60,080 bases of DNA, filler included, from Sphacelaria rigidula (GCA_964200075.2; 7 parts of 7 records of this genome joined end to end with filler, not necessarily neighbours in it), one strand, 5' to 3'. Shown: positions 23,779 to 35,462, counted from the first letter of the whole stretch. Notes: a model not told the origin generated them from the sequence alone. A program made the numbers and translations.

Positions 23779-25693
23779 ATGGACAACACATCAACATCAG
23801 GAGCAGCAGCAGCAGCAGAGGGAGGAGCAACTTCGCAAAGCCAAGGCCAACACCCCCACAGCGCAGCAGGAGCTCGAGCAACGGCAGGAGAGAAAAAGAG
23901 AAGGGCCGCAGGAAGGGAACCACGCCGAGCCTCGGCACCACAAGCCGGAGGCACGCACAGCAACCCGATCTCCGTCAACCAGCATGCCCGCCCGCAAGGT
24001 AGTGCAGGCCAGTTAAACACTGACGCACCTGCACCCCCCCCACCGCCACTCGGACCTCCACCAAGCCCAAGCGAGCCATCAGACATTCTAGCTCAAATCC
24101 TGCAGGCACAGGCGAAAACGAACATCAACATGGAACAGCAACACCAGCAAAGCCTCCACCGACAGCAGCAACAGAGCCAGGCAATCTCGAACCTTCAACA
24201 GCAGGTACATCTTCTCCAGTACGGACAACCACAACAGCAAGGCGGGGCCGTCCAAGGCGGGGTCGGCCGGCAGCCGGCGGTCGCCGCACAGCAACAGCAC
24301 ATGGCGGGGGGAAGAGTAAATGGGGCCTCCCCGCTTGCACCCAGCGCCCCACTGCCACCACCCATCGGAGGGCCACTACCGCATCACCAACCCCAACAGT
24401 CGCAGCCACATCACCATCATCAACAGCAACAACCGCAGCCGCCGCAGCAATAACAGCAACCGCAGCCGGACCAGCACCACGTACAACAACTCCATCAACA
24501 GCAACCACAGCAATACCAACAAGCACAGCCACAATCCCCGACCCACCAACTCCTTCAACTTCTCAGCGGCGGGGGAGGGGGTCAGATCCAACAACTCATG
24601 CATGCAATGGGAGCGGCCAACGCCGCCCCCGCCAGTACGAAGAAAGCCGAAGAAATGCAGGAGAAGCGGGATATCAACAGCTGGCTCTCGGACGAAAACA
24701 AGGCACTCTTCCACATCCTCAGGGGCGGGGTCTCCATTCCCATTCCCATGTCTGACGCAAACTTGAAACTAAAACTCCGCGACGTGGCCGACACCAACCG
24801 GGGCATGCTGAGCAATCTCCAGACGTTGACCGACGTAGACGTCACCAACTTCCACTCCCCGGTGCCGCCTGGCATAAAAAATCCTACTTTCGCGCTGAGG
24901 TCCATGTCACAACATTCACCAAGGCGCTGACCATCATCATCAACTTCGGCACCACCGACAACGACGGCGGGCGGGATAGGCGAGCCTTCATCACAGGAGA
25001 ACTGTCGAGGATGGCGTCGGCGCTGGACGCGTTTACGGGGGAAAATTACGCCGCTCTACACAGAGACGAGGCGGCCGTCAGAACCCGCATAATCACTGAC
25101 TTTAACCACGACATCAACGGGTGGCTCACAGAATGCCGGGACGCGGGATTGAACATACGCATGGAGTCTCCCGCCGCCCCACCTGCGAACGGGCAGGGCC
25201 CCGCGGCGCCGGTGCCATCTTTCACCCGTGTAAAAACGCTCACCGCCGTCGGCCACCCCAGCAGCCTCATCGGTCGCCAAAACCCCGGGCTCGCGGTAGC
25301 AAGCTCACCCGCGCAGCCCGCCCCCAAGACAGCCGTCACGCGAAAGGCACTCCCCGACGGGGGCACGAGCAACGCGGTCAAACGTGTCGCTCCCCGACCC
25401 CCGCCGTATCCGCCCCAGTGGCAACACCTTACGCCACCGAACACCGACTTCATTTCGGAACTGGCGTCATGGGCCCCGCCGGCGGGCGTCTGCTTACGAG
25501 CTTGGTAGGAGCTCACATGCCCACGGGGTCGCGGCTGCCGCCTCCCAGACCACACCAGCACCCATGAAGCCGTCGGAGGCCCTCCCCTCCAGCTGCCAGC
25601 GGCGCTACCGATACCTCCAACAGCACCGACGGCGGCGTCGGCAAAACCACCAGCGCCGGCAGCATCGGCGACCGCAGCGAGTACAGTGGCGCG
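23779..25693 (+). pseudogene. Retrotransposon ORF1/Gag-like pseudogene, probably Ngaro/DIRS-type
   Basis: Intronless reading of about 640 codons: Q/P/H-rich N-terminus, globular core and a C-terminal CCCH finger (C-LRAW*ELT-C-PRGRG-C-RLPD-H). Stops at 24451 and 25506, frameshift near 24890; runs off contig end, so RT and recombinase are not visible. Confidence 0.55.
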
Positions 25694-25793
25694 NNNNNNN
25701 NNNNNNNNNNNNNNNNNNNNNNNNNNNNNNNNNNNNNTTAATTAATTAANNNNNNNNNNNNNNNNNNNNNNNNNNNNNNNNNNNNNNNNNNNN
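25694..25793. other. Artificial contig linker
   Basis: Same N44-TTAATTAATTAA-N44 structure. Confidence 0.98.
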
Positions 25794-26187
25794 CGGAATA
25801 TCGACAAAAATATCGATATCGGCGGTTGTGGTTCGATATTCTAAAAATATCTATCGAACTTTTTTCTTGGTCCGATATGCAACCCTGCTACAGAGTCACG
25901 AGACACACATGCACCATCCTCTTGAAGAAAAACGGGCAACAGCAGTATGTATCATTTTGTTTATTCTTGCGCGTACCGTAGAGTGGTGCTTTACGTATAC
26001 ATGTGGATGGACCGTACCAAACCACTCGATTTCGTACCTCAGCCAGCTTCTCCCATTCAGGTGGATCCCTGCAGCCAGTTGAACTGTTGAAATGGTGGTG
26101 GCGATACGAGGGGGTGGGGTGCTCTCCAACGAGGTATTTCCCGTTCTTCAGACCCGCGGTAACAGCCCAGACAGATCAAATTTCATT

Positions 26188-26770
26188 CTAGACCGCGGGA
26201 ATAGTGTTTCTGGATCATGCATACTTTATTTCACTCGAAATTGATGCCGATTCAACAGAAGACTAACCTCGCGGTCTGAGGGTTGACCATAACCATCTCA
26301 GCGCTTCTTCTGAGGTTCCATCTGAGCAGCTGAGGCTCCCTTGTGAACCTTAGATGGCGAGAGTACGTCATCTATTGAACCGGCACCAATTTCACTCGGG
26401 AACAAGTGTGCATGATCAGATGGACTACCCTCGCAGCGGTCACCTTTGGTCGCGAGGGCTGGTCACCTGCTGAATCGGCATCAATTTTCACTTGAAAAAG
26501 ATAGGCGTGATCCGGATGGACTATCCGCACCGCGGTCTAGGGATCAAGTATGTAGACGTTATTTGTCGGTAACAGGCGCGGTTTAAACCTCGGACCCCGA
26601 TGTGGGTAGTCCATCAGTGCCGATTCAGCAGGTGACCTACCTACCCTCGCGGTGAAAGGGTTGACCCTCAGATGGCGAGAGTAGGTCATCTGTAACACAT
26701 GAATGGGTATCAATTTCACTTGTTACAAGTATGCATGCTCCACGTAGACTACCCTCGCTGTGTGTTAAGG
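26188..26770. mobile_element. Cluster of about 5 piggyBac-like mini-MITE copies
   Basis: Unit ACCCT..GACCGCG..GTCATCTGTTGAATCGGCATCAATTTCACTTG..GATGGACTACC..CGCGGTC..AGGG repeated in mixed orientation. Confidence 0.8.
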
Positions 26771-27461
26771 AAACAATGAGAAAGAGATGTTGAAAAGCAC
26801 ACCTTGGACAACAGGGCATCATTGAGTAGTATACACAGTGTGTGATGCCTCTCTGCTCTGGATGTGTTGCTACCACCTACCGCGCCCCCTCGGCGAGCAT
26901 CAAAGGTTATGACGAAAGAGCTGCTCTTTCGTCAGAACCTTTGGCGGGCATACTCAATGCACCGAATATCCCATAGCTCCTCTGCGCATACTTGCTCCTC
27001 TCATGAACAACAGAATGTGGAATATTTGCTATCAGAGGTATCTCAAACTCGGCGATCCTGGATCATTGGACGAATAGACCAGGATATCCTGGACTACGAC
27101 TTTGAGATAACTCAGCGGAGATCCCGAAATAACATCGAGGATTCTCCAAGTGGATCTTCGAGGAAAATCCCTCCCAGTTTATGACGTGAAGGGGCGCCAA
27201 GAACGGTGAAGACCGGTGAAGAAGAGCTCTATCTTGACAGTTTCACCAACTTTGTGTGTGATGCGCATCGCCACGTCACGTTTCCGGATTCTTATGGTTG
27301 AAATTTCGAAATAAGTTCGCGACCTTTTTTTGAAATTTACCAAAACTTTGATGTTCCGCGACTCATCACTTCAGGAAAATCCGGGAATTTCAGCTGGATC
27401 TTTGAAAAAAAAATCCATCCTGCTTCATTTCAGAATCCTGCAAAAAATGGCAGGATTTTAA

Positions 27462-27559
27462 CCCTTAGACCGCGGGGTTAGTCTTCTGTTGAATCGGCAT
27501 CAATTTCAAGTGAAAAGAAGTATGCATGATCCAGAAAGACTACTCTCGCGGTCTAACGG
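27462..27559. mobile_element. piggyBac-like mini-MITE
   Basis: TTAA|CCCTTAGACCGCG...CGCGGTCTAACGG|TTCA. Confidence 0.8.
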
Positions 27560-28639
27560 TTCAAATAAAGCAGGATGTTTCCCCTGCTGCCTGTGGGTTG
27601 GGACCTTCGCTTGGGGTGTGTGCACATTCATTCAAATCTTTGCCGCAGACACGACACACCGTCTATACAGCCAAGGCTCCGCTGCGTTGCTGACATGGGG
27701 GGTGAGACAGAAAATAGTCCTCGTGCCTCCCACAACAAAAGGAAGCAGGAGAGATTGGCCACCGTCAATGTCAGTAGTGAATATTACACGAGTGACACCC
27801 GGTAGACCCTGCCGTCACGGCACAAGGGACGGCGACCGTCGAGCTGGCCTCGTCAGTCGTCGTGGCGCGCTCACGCTGAGAGCAACGTGATTGACACCGA
27901 AACCTCCATCAACAGAAGCGCAGCAGGACAGGCGCGCGATGGTGATGCCATATTATCTGCTGAGCCTGGGAGGCTGCTGTTGCTGGTGAACAGCAACCTG
28001 CATCGCACATAGCAGGAGCAGTACGAGCAGCAGCACCGGCAGCGATACACCAACACATGATATTAGTACGTCTCCGTATATTGTTAGTATTGATGTTTTC
28101 ATTCCATGCCACCTCAATAGTATTCTCCACGTATTTCGTACTCGATAACAATGTCAGTCCCAGACCTGCGAACCCAACATGCTTTATGGTTCTGTCCAGA
28201 TCCCACGGTACTTCTTGATTCTGTCCATAGGAAACTTTTAGCCACGAGAAAGATTTCCCGGGTTGCCGGCGACACCGATGTCTGCAAGGCGTTTTGGTGT
28301 TACGGTCCTATGTGTAGCTCCGAGGTCTCTTTTCACTACTACTGATTGATTGAAAGAGAAAAAGAGACCTGCTGTTGTCACAGCAAGCACTGCAGTCTTT
28401 TTACCTCTCTAAAAATATGCAGCTACGTAAAACGAAGCGTTTTACACATCACTCCTTAATGATACTCCACACAGCAGCGTACACAGCAGTAGTAGTACTA
28501 TCGCAGCAGGACACACGACGCTATACCGTAAATGACCCGTGGACATCACTCCTCCTTACTACATACGGCGGTGTTGTGTACAGCAAGCTATGTACAGCAA
28601 GCATCGGGTGCAGTATGTGACATATGGTGTATTGAGAGG

Positions 28640-29072
28640 GGAGTGGAAGATCCGTGCCAACGGCATTGAGCGGGGTGCCGCGGTTGTTCGCAACGGTAGG
28701 ATCTGTATTTTGGGGCCCTTTGCTGGGAAGGGGAAGTGATTCCTTCGGCTAAAGTGGCCGATGGAAGATCCGTGGTCGCGATATTCTGCACGGGGTGCAT
28801 GGTTGTTTGCAGCGGTAAGATCTGTATTTTGGCCGATGGAAGAGATTGTTGCGTCGAAGATGGCCGATGGAAGAGACTGATTTCCCGTCAATGTGGGTAC
28901 AATTTCCAAAAACAAGGGCACAATTGGGAGGAAAGTAGTCACAGTAGGGTATACCGTGGCCGTCTACCGCCGCCGCCGGGTGAAGATGGTCGTTGGTCAA
29001 TCNNNNNNNNNNCAAACAAAGAGGGTACCCAGGTTTGTCGCTAATGCACCATGGTATACCCTACTGTGACGT
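28640..29072. repeat. Short tandem GGCCGATGGAAGA-type repeats plus an inverted repeat spanning a 10-N gap
   Basis: Repeated TGGCCGATGGAAGA units; GTCACAGTAGGGTATACC (28938) / GGTATACCCTACTGTGAC (about 29053). Confidence 0.55.
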
Positions 29073-29084
29073 TTGCCCTTCATT

Positions 29085-29632
29085 TTAAAATATAAAGTGA
29101 TGCTGATTCAACGGATGAACTATGCCCACCGTCCGAGGGTTGAACCGCGATGCGGATAGTCCATCTGGATAAGACATAACTGTTTCAAGTGAAAGTGATG
29201 CCAATTCAACAGGTGATCTACCCTCCTCGCGATCAAAGAGTCAAGTCAATTTTTTTAGATATGATCGAGAGTGAAAATCGTTCAATTAGCGAATGAATCG
29301 TTTCAGTTGCGAAATGCCCCGCCACGAGGCCCAATATGCTTTCTGCAGTTCCGGCCCAAACTCATCGCAACTGTACAGTACAGGCACTTGAAGCTTCAAC
29401 ACATGGAAGCTTCAGTTTGCCCACGTGTTGAGGCAACCCTCGGACAACGAGAGTTGGTCATCTGTTAGCCCGGCATCAGTTTCACTTGAAAAGTGGGGTA
29501 AACTCCAGATGGACTACGTTCGCGGTCTGAGGGTACTGTACAGTACAAGTCACCGTTTGAATTGGCATCAACTTCACTTGACAAAGGTGGGCAAAGTCCA
29601 GATGAACTGTCCACATCGTCGTCAAAAGGGTC
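29085..29632. mobile_element. Second cluster (about 4 copies) of piggyBac-like mini-MITE
   Basis: Diverged copies of the same ~100-bp unit, interleaved with a fragment of the 300-bp MITE. Confidence 0.7.
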
Positions 29633-29679
29633 GCCGACCTTGGGCTACGAATGTCCATGCACATTTCACAAGTATCGCT

Positions 29680-30256
29680 ACCCCTAACCCCAACCCCAAC
29701 CCAACGTATGAGAAGAACCCTCGGGCAAAGGTGGTACATAGCAGTCCCTAGGCAAAGTACGGCCTTGGTATACCAAGGCATACCGAGAACCCTCGGGCAA
29801 TAAGGGCAGTACACACATTCCCCAGGCAAAGGATGGCCTTGGTAGACCCGGAATCGGTGCCTGGAACGAACTGCGTTCTGTGCAGGTGAACACCGGTATG
29901 TGGGCCCCACTCAAGATCCGATTCTTGTCGTACATACGGTACGGTCCATGAGGCATATTATATTGGGAGACCTGAAATCGACCCCACCTGAAATCGATGT
30001 CGCAGCGGCCGATTTCGACAAAAACACGTTCTGGACGAGCACCCAACCCCGACCCAAGGCGTACAAGACCCTCGGACAAGGGGGGTACATTCGTTCCCCC
30101 AGTGTGCGTTGGCAGACCTGAAACTGATGCCGAAGGCGCCGATTTCGACAAAACACTATCTGGACAAGCTGAGTCCAGTGCTCACCTGCCACAAACCATA
30201 AATTTTCTCAGAATTTCCTCAGAGTCTAAAATCAAGTAGTCGTGTTGTCAACCATA
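29680..30256 (+). repeat. Dispersed repeat beginning with CCCTAA/CCCCAA telomere-like units
   Basis: CCCAACCC..CCAAGGC..CCCTCGG..GTGTGCGTTGGCAGAC..CAGTGCTCACCTG..TGTCAACC shared with 53812-54048; related to 21585-21660. Confidence 0.7.
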
Positions 30257-30556
30257 GATATTCGATCAAAGGTACAGATCTGCCGCTTTTACTTGAAAAT
30301 GGACGATGAACAGACCGTGGCGGCGATGTGATGTAGCAGGGATTGGCGTGTTATGGGTTCAGAGCTTGCGGGACGGGATGATGTTACTCACATTCATTTT
30401 TCAAATGAAAATAGTGCAGGAACCCAGTTTGAGACAACTCTATTGATTTCCGGAGATATCCTTGAATCGCTTCCCGGATGGGAAGAGCTAAATATTTTAC
30501 CAGGATACCGGGACGCCGAGTTTGAGGTACCTCTAATAATATCAAGATCAAATGAG

Positions 30557-30809
30557 TCATGCTACGATAGGCGGGGGGGGTGATGCCATGAAAAAATGGG
30601 CTCATAAATACTTTTCAGACGATCCAACACACTCGCGATGCGCTTGTATTTGGGTAAAGCGGTGTCAAGCAGTATGAATGAGCGTTATATATCGGAAGCA
30701 AGCGCGTTTGGACAACCGTTGCTGCTATTAACGACGATTTCAGGTAGAATATCGTGGAGGAAGAAAACGGTCCGAAATACCCCCCCCCCCTCCTATTATC
30801 GTAGCATGA
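30557..30809. mobile_element. MITE with G/C-tract subtermini
   Basis: TIRs CATGCTACGATA / TATCGTAGCATG followed inward by G and C runs; related TIR CCTACGATAGG / CCTATCGTAGG at 47857-48248. Confidence 0.6.
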
Positions 30810-31260
30810 TTCATGTCACGCAACGCAAATCCAAACCAGACCGTAAGATGAACACTTGTGCATGTGTTCATTGCTGCTACTTCATTTCAAAAGGAGAGAA
30901 AAAACTCATCAAGCTAAACTGCCGGCCCGTCTTTCCCCGTTGCCCCAAGCTTTGATCTCAACCTCTGTGGCCTATTTGTTGCATCGGTCGTTTCACCATT
31001 CCCCTCCCTTTAGCCTAGATTATTCACATTCGTACCCGTTCCACAGTCCGCCGGTTCCGCTACGCTCCGATCTTTCCCTTTTTTGTTCAACACCAAGTCG
31101 TCTCGATCATTCTCATACTACTGTACACTGAATGAACTCATGGTAGTTGCATCTGCACACGTACTGCGGCCATTTTTTTCCTCATGGGAACGACTACAGT
31201 ATAATTACATACAGTCAGTTTACGTAGTCCACTATCCACCTTAAACAGTAGCGAGTAGGC

Positions 31261-31889
31261 GTTGTTGTTGTACTGTGTGTGTTGTGTGTTGCCGTTCGAT
31301 CTATTCTGGACGCCTGTCTACACATTTCGGTATAATATGTTGGCGCACCAGCCGGGGTCACACAGGAGTAATTTCTTTCTTGTTTGTATTTAGTAATCCA
31401 CCTTCCTTCTGTGGTGCTTGCCTTTTATTCATGGCGAGAGGGGTACATCAGTCCCTTTCCCTCGTTTACCGTTAAGTCGAATTTTGTTTACCACGACGTG
31501 GTCGATCTCCACTGTTGTTGGGCATGGTGTGAGAGAAAATCCCAGATCGCTCCGAGATTTAAACCCACGACCCAACCGTCAGAAAATTTCACGGTTCGGA
31601 CGAATCATCGGCGGTTCGGATCACGAAATCCACGACTTCTTAGGCCTGATGGCTCGAAAGAGAGAAAAGTCGACCGGTGGTCGAAAAGGTTCCCACGCAA
31701 CTTTTGCGCCATTCCGCGTGCCTGGGCTGCGCGTGCCTGGGTTGCAACGCTGAAAAAGAAGCCCAGGGATTGATTCGTACGGTACGAATCAATCACACAC
31801 TGAAATCAAGTAATTTCCAGCAGAATCATTTGTTCGTCCGACCCGTGGAGGGTTTCGAGGTTGCCAACTGAGCCACCAGGGCGACCGGT
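31261..31889 (-). mobile_element. SINE family 1 copy interrupted by a MITE
   Basis: Colinear with 57678-58043 once 31590-31847 is removed. Confidence 0.85.
31590..31847. mobile_element. 258-bp MITE with CACGG termini and diverged 8-bp TSD
   Basis: CACGGTTCGGACGAA / TTCGTCCGACCCGTG; flanks GAAAATTT / GAGGGTTT; partial copies at 44335-44569 (inverted) and 59347-59545. Confidence 0.8.
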
Positions 31890-32539
31890 CAGTACTGCCA
31901 GTTGATTTTGGAGAACAAATATCGATGAATGATTGGTGATTGGGAAGGTGGGTAAGAAAGAGCTGGGTCAACCTAGAAGCGGATCTGTGCGTTGCAGGCA
32001 GAAATTCTCACCTTAGTCTCGAGAGTTCGTTGCTGCACTGTAATGTTCGGTATGGAGAATTGCTACGCGGGGTATCTCGCGATCACACTGTGAAAATTTT
32101 GAGGTGGATGATACCATTTGGTGGTGTTGATTGATGGCACCCACCACTTTTGATTCCTCTGCGTTCACCACATCCCGCCCCAACCCACCACCAACAGCCA
32201 AACCGAAATAAATTGAAATCGTGTCGTCCTTTCAAACCACACGAAACATCAGGAGCACTCTCAAGTACGCGTTCCCTGAAATATTGGCGACCGCTAAGTG
32301 AGGCTGCTCTGAAATACTTCCACAGCACTCAGGTCCAATAACCAGGCAAAAGAGGACTGATGAAGCATAAGTTTGACTGCGCTGCTTTGTCACACGCCCC
32401 GTTGCCCCTGCTCTATAACGCACAGTCGGTGAGCGTATAGCCGTAGAGGTGCAGAGCGGCATGCGAAGACGAGAACGTGTACTTGCCCTAGTATACAGTA
32501 CAGATAGTGCCGCATAATGAACGTAATGAGCAGTGTATC

Positions 32540-33000
32540 TGGTATCTGGTCCTCTTTGACCGTGTGATATGACTTATGAGTGTAGTGCGGTTCTGTCGAT
32601 GGCGGCCCAACCCGGACCGTTTCAAAACGGGACTGTCCGACTACCCTGCTGATGACCCGGAAATACACGCGGGTTCCGTAGTCAGCGCATGGATGGGCAC
32701 TGAGCGCTATCTCCAAAGCAGCCGGCGGGTACTCCTTTCTGCCGCTGGACCTCCTGATCTTGAGGGCTGTAAAAATCGACATTGTTTGGGGGGGAAACGT
32801 CAACTGTGAAGATTTCGAGTGCGGTACGTGCATAAGGGGATCGTGGTGTGGAAGGCGTTACATTACACGGAAGAAATCGAATTATTTCAAGTTCGGCCGG
32901 ATGTTGCCGCGTTGTAGACGGCGGCTTGCGGAAATCATTTATCTCTTGCTCGATCCGCGCAGCCTGCGACAACCATCATCACGAAACTTATCGTGCGAAA
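32540..33000 (+). pseudogene. Possible EnSpm/Plavaka-like transposase remnant
   Basis: 'GLSDYPADDPE' and downstream 'YFKFGRMLP...LAEIIYLLL' loosely resemble the ADxPE/DxPA and LPYF..DxMH regions; many frameshifts. Confidence 0.25.
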
Positions 33001-33362
33001 GATGTGCCGTCAGAATGCGCAAGTGAACCTCCCCCCATGGCCTACTGTCGTCGCTTACTTGACCTGTCGCGGAGTTCGCCCCTGTTGACATTGTACAGGT
33101 TGATTTGAAGTGTGTGGCACATCCGCGACAATCCATGCCACGTTTTCATGTGCTCGAGTTCAACACGCTACAGTAGAAACTCAGTAAGAGTCCAAAATCT
33201 GGTGATGATGCATAACATTATACGGCATCGGCAAAGTTGGATTCGGGCGGGGGGTGCATGGTGGTGCATCGACCAGGGAAGAGCCGCCCCTGGGGCATGA
33301 TTTCTACCGTAAAGTGGGGTGTTATCCGACTTTGGCCTATCGGTGCGAGTGAAGATACTTTT

Positions 33363-33567
33363 CAAGGACAGGTCGAGTAGAGTATACTCAAATGCGCGGT
33401 ATTTTGAAAGACATACTTGGGGTACGCAAGTTAGAGTAGACTGTTGGGAGTCGTACCCAAAAAATGGCTCGGAAGCGATTCCTGGAACCCTGCCACCAAG
33501 TTGTGTACTTCAAGTACGACTTTCAAAGCACCTCGCAATTGAGTATACTCTACTCGACCTACCCTTG
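33363..33567. mobile_element. 205-bp MITE, P-element/hAT-like
   Basis: TIRs CAAGGACAGGTCGAGTAGAGTATACTCAA / TTGAGTATACTCTACTCGACCTACCCTTG; perfect 8-bp TSD ATACTTTT (33355-33362 and 33568-33575). Confidence 0.9.
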
Positions 33568-33613
33568 ATACTTTTGTACAGTATAAATGTGCTTTGAATA
33601 CCTTGAATGTGAG

Positions 33614-34075
33614 AACATCACACATCGGACGGATCAGTTCGTGACAGATCTGGGCCAGCTTATTCGGGGCATAGATTGTGACCTGTCCGAGGTGTGCTGT
33701 CACCCGGGCACGTTTGTCCGATGCTGATCCCTAGGACCCACTTGACCCGTACATGTTTGCTGAGCGACGAGCTGTACGACCCGCTTCACACAAAACTTCG
33801 TGTACAACTGATCTGCAGATCTGTGTCATTTGTGCAACATCACATAGTTGCATACGTCGGACAGATCATGTCGTGATAGATCCTGGTCGGCTCATTTGGG
33901 GCATAGATCGTGACCTGCCCGAGATGTGCTGTAAACTGTGCACATTTGTCTGATGGTGATCTGTGGGACCCGTTTGACTCGAACATGATTGCCCAGTGAC
34001 CTGCGTCATACACACACGTCCATGTACAACTGATCTGCATAACTGTGCCATCCGCACAACATCACATAGTTGTCA
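33614..34075. repeat. Two diverged tandem units of about 230 bp (GATC-rich)
   Basis: GGGGCATAGAT.GTGACCTG.CCGAG.TGTGCTGT and TGTACAACTGATCTGCA...CAACATCACATAGTTG each occur twice. Confidence 0.75.
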
Positions 34076-34290
34076 TCTATGTAACTCGGCTCATTCAATG
34101 CAGCAGCTTGTCATACACCCGTGGGTTTCGAATCCCATGTATACCAGAAGCTACCCCTCGCCTGTGGATAGACTGCTGCCGAGATAGCCCCCCCCCAAAA
34201 CCGGCCAAAAACGTGCACGGAGGCGATGATCATAACTGCCGTTAAAGCTGGTTTCGTGCTCCACGACGCGACTGATTTGGGCGTTATAGC

Positions 34291-34390
34291 NNNNNNNNNN
34301 NNNNNNNNNNNNNNNNNNNNNNNNNNNNNNNNNNTTAATTAATTAANNNNNNNNNNNNNNNNNNNNNNNNNNNNNNNNNNNNNNNNNNNN
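34291..34390. other. Artificial contig linker
   Basis: Same N44-TTAATTAATTAA-N44 structure. Confidence 0.98.
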
Positions 34391-34514
34391 AAACGAAAAC
34401 GCCCCCCCCCCCCCCCCCCCCGCCCCCCCCTCCCCCCTCGCGGCACCATATTTGCATGGCCCAATGGACGTTGCAAAAAATGTGAAACTACGATTTCGGG
34501 TAGGGGACCTGGAC

Positions 34515-35070
34515 CCACCAGCAAAAATAGTAATAATACCAGTCGTCGTCGAAAGGAGGAGGAAATAGATTCACTGAAGTGCCCCTGTGGCAAAGCAATA
34601 TAGAGTAAAAGTCATATAGTGGCAGAATGCGAACTATACAAGGAGGAACGGGACGTGCTGGAGGGGGAAATGCGGGACTTGAACGAAGATGGCATGGAAT
34701 CGTTCGATGCATCAGACAGCAGGGAGAAAACGATGGCTATACTAGGAGATAAATGGTGGTTACAGACGGTGGAACAGGACGGAGATAAGACGTATACAAG
34801 GTTTTGTGTAATGTATGGAAGAAACGTAATGAGCGCCGGAATGTTGTAGGAGTCTCTATTAGGAGAAGGAACGGTACTCCGTCTCGAAAGGGATACGTGG
34901 TCAATGGTCAAACGACTACCGCAAGCAACAAATGAGTACCCCTCCTCCCCCCCCGCGTCGCCGCCCCCCAAGCACCTCGGTGCTCCGTCTCGAAAGAGAT
35001 GCGTGGTCAATGATCAATCAAACGACTGAGACAAGCAACAAATTAGTACGCCCTTCCTCCCCTCCCCCCT
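34515..35070 (+). mobile_element. LINE ORF2 3' end (tail family A) with duplicated tail
   Basis: C-terminal CCHC-like region ('KCPCGKAI...HIVAECELYKEERDVL...LGDKWW') plus two GTGCTCCGTCTCGAAAG.GATGCGTGGTCAATG-type tails, each followed by a C tract. Confidence 0.8.
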
Positions 35071-35149
35071 CCCTTCTTATGATCATGAGTATACCGCCCC
35101 CCTCTCTTCCTCCTCCTGCCCCTGGTTTCGGGGGAGCAACAAATGCCCG

Positions 35150-35462
35150 CCGCGTCCCGGTGGTCCAAGGCTCCAACTGACCTCATTGGGGCGGAAAGAG
35201 CGCGGGCTCGGTTGCCGCTAGATGGGCTTCTGGTTCAAACTTCAAAGCATCTGATTCCCGCCGTTGAAAGCGTGATGGCATGAGTAGCAAAATGAGTTTG
35301 TTTGACTGAGGTTCAGTGATGAGAGTTGACGCGGTGCGGGAGTGCCGATCCAACCCGCGACACCTTAACATACAAGGCCTGCACTGTACTGTGGAGAGGT
35401 GTGTTGATCCCTGAGATGACGGACTCCTCCCGAGGAAGGGGAGGGGTTGAAAGTGTGAGCAA
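35150..35462 (+). mobile_element. SINE family 2 copy
   Basis: GAGAGTTGACGCGGTGCGGGAGTGC...GTTGATCCC...CCCGAGGAAGGGGAGGGGTTGAAAGTGTG. Confidence 0.75.

Noticed and set aside
24451..24453. TAA read as Gln (alternative genetic code) in the poly-Q ORF
   Set aside because: The same ORF also has a frameshift, and host genes here end in TAG normally; a CAA>TAA mutation is the simpler explanation
26188..26770. CRISPR-like repeat-spacer array
   Set aside because: Units are ~100-bp diverged TIR elements in mixed orientation, also dispersed elsewhere; no constant short repeat, no unique spacers, no cas genes
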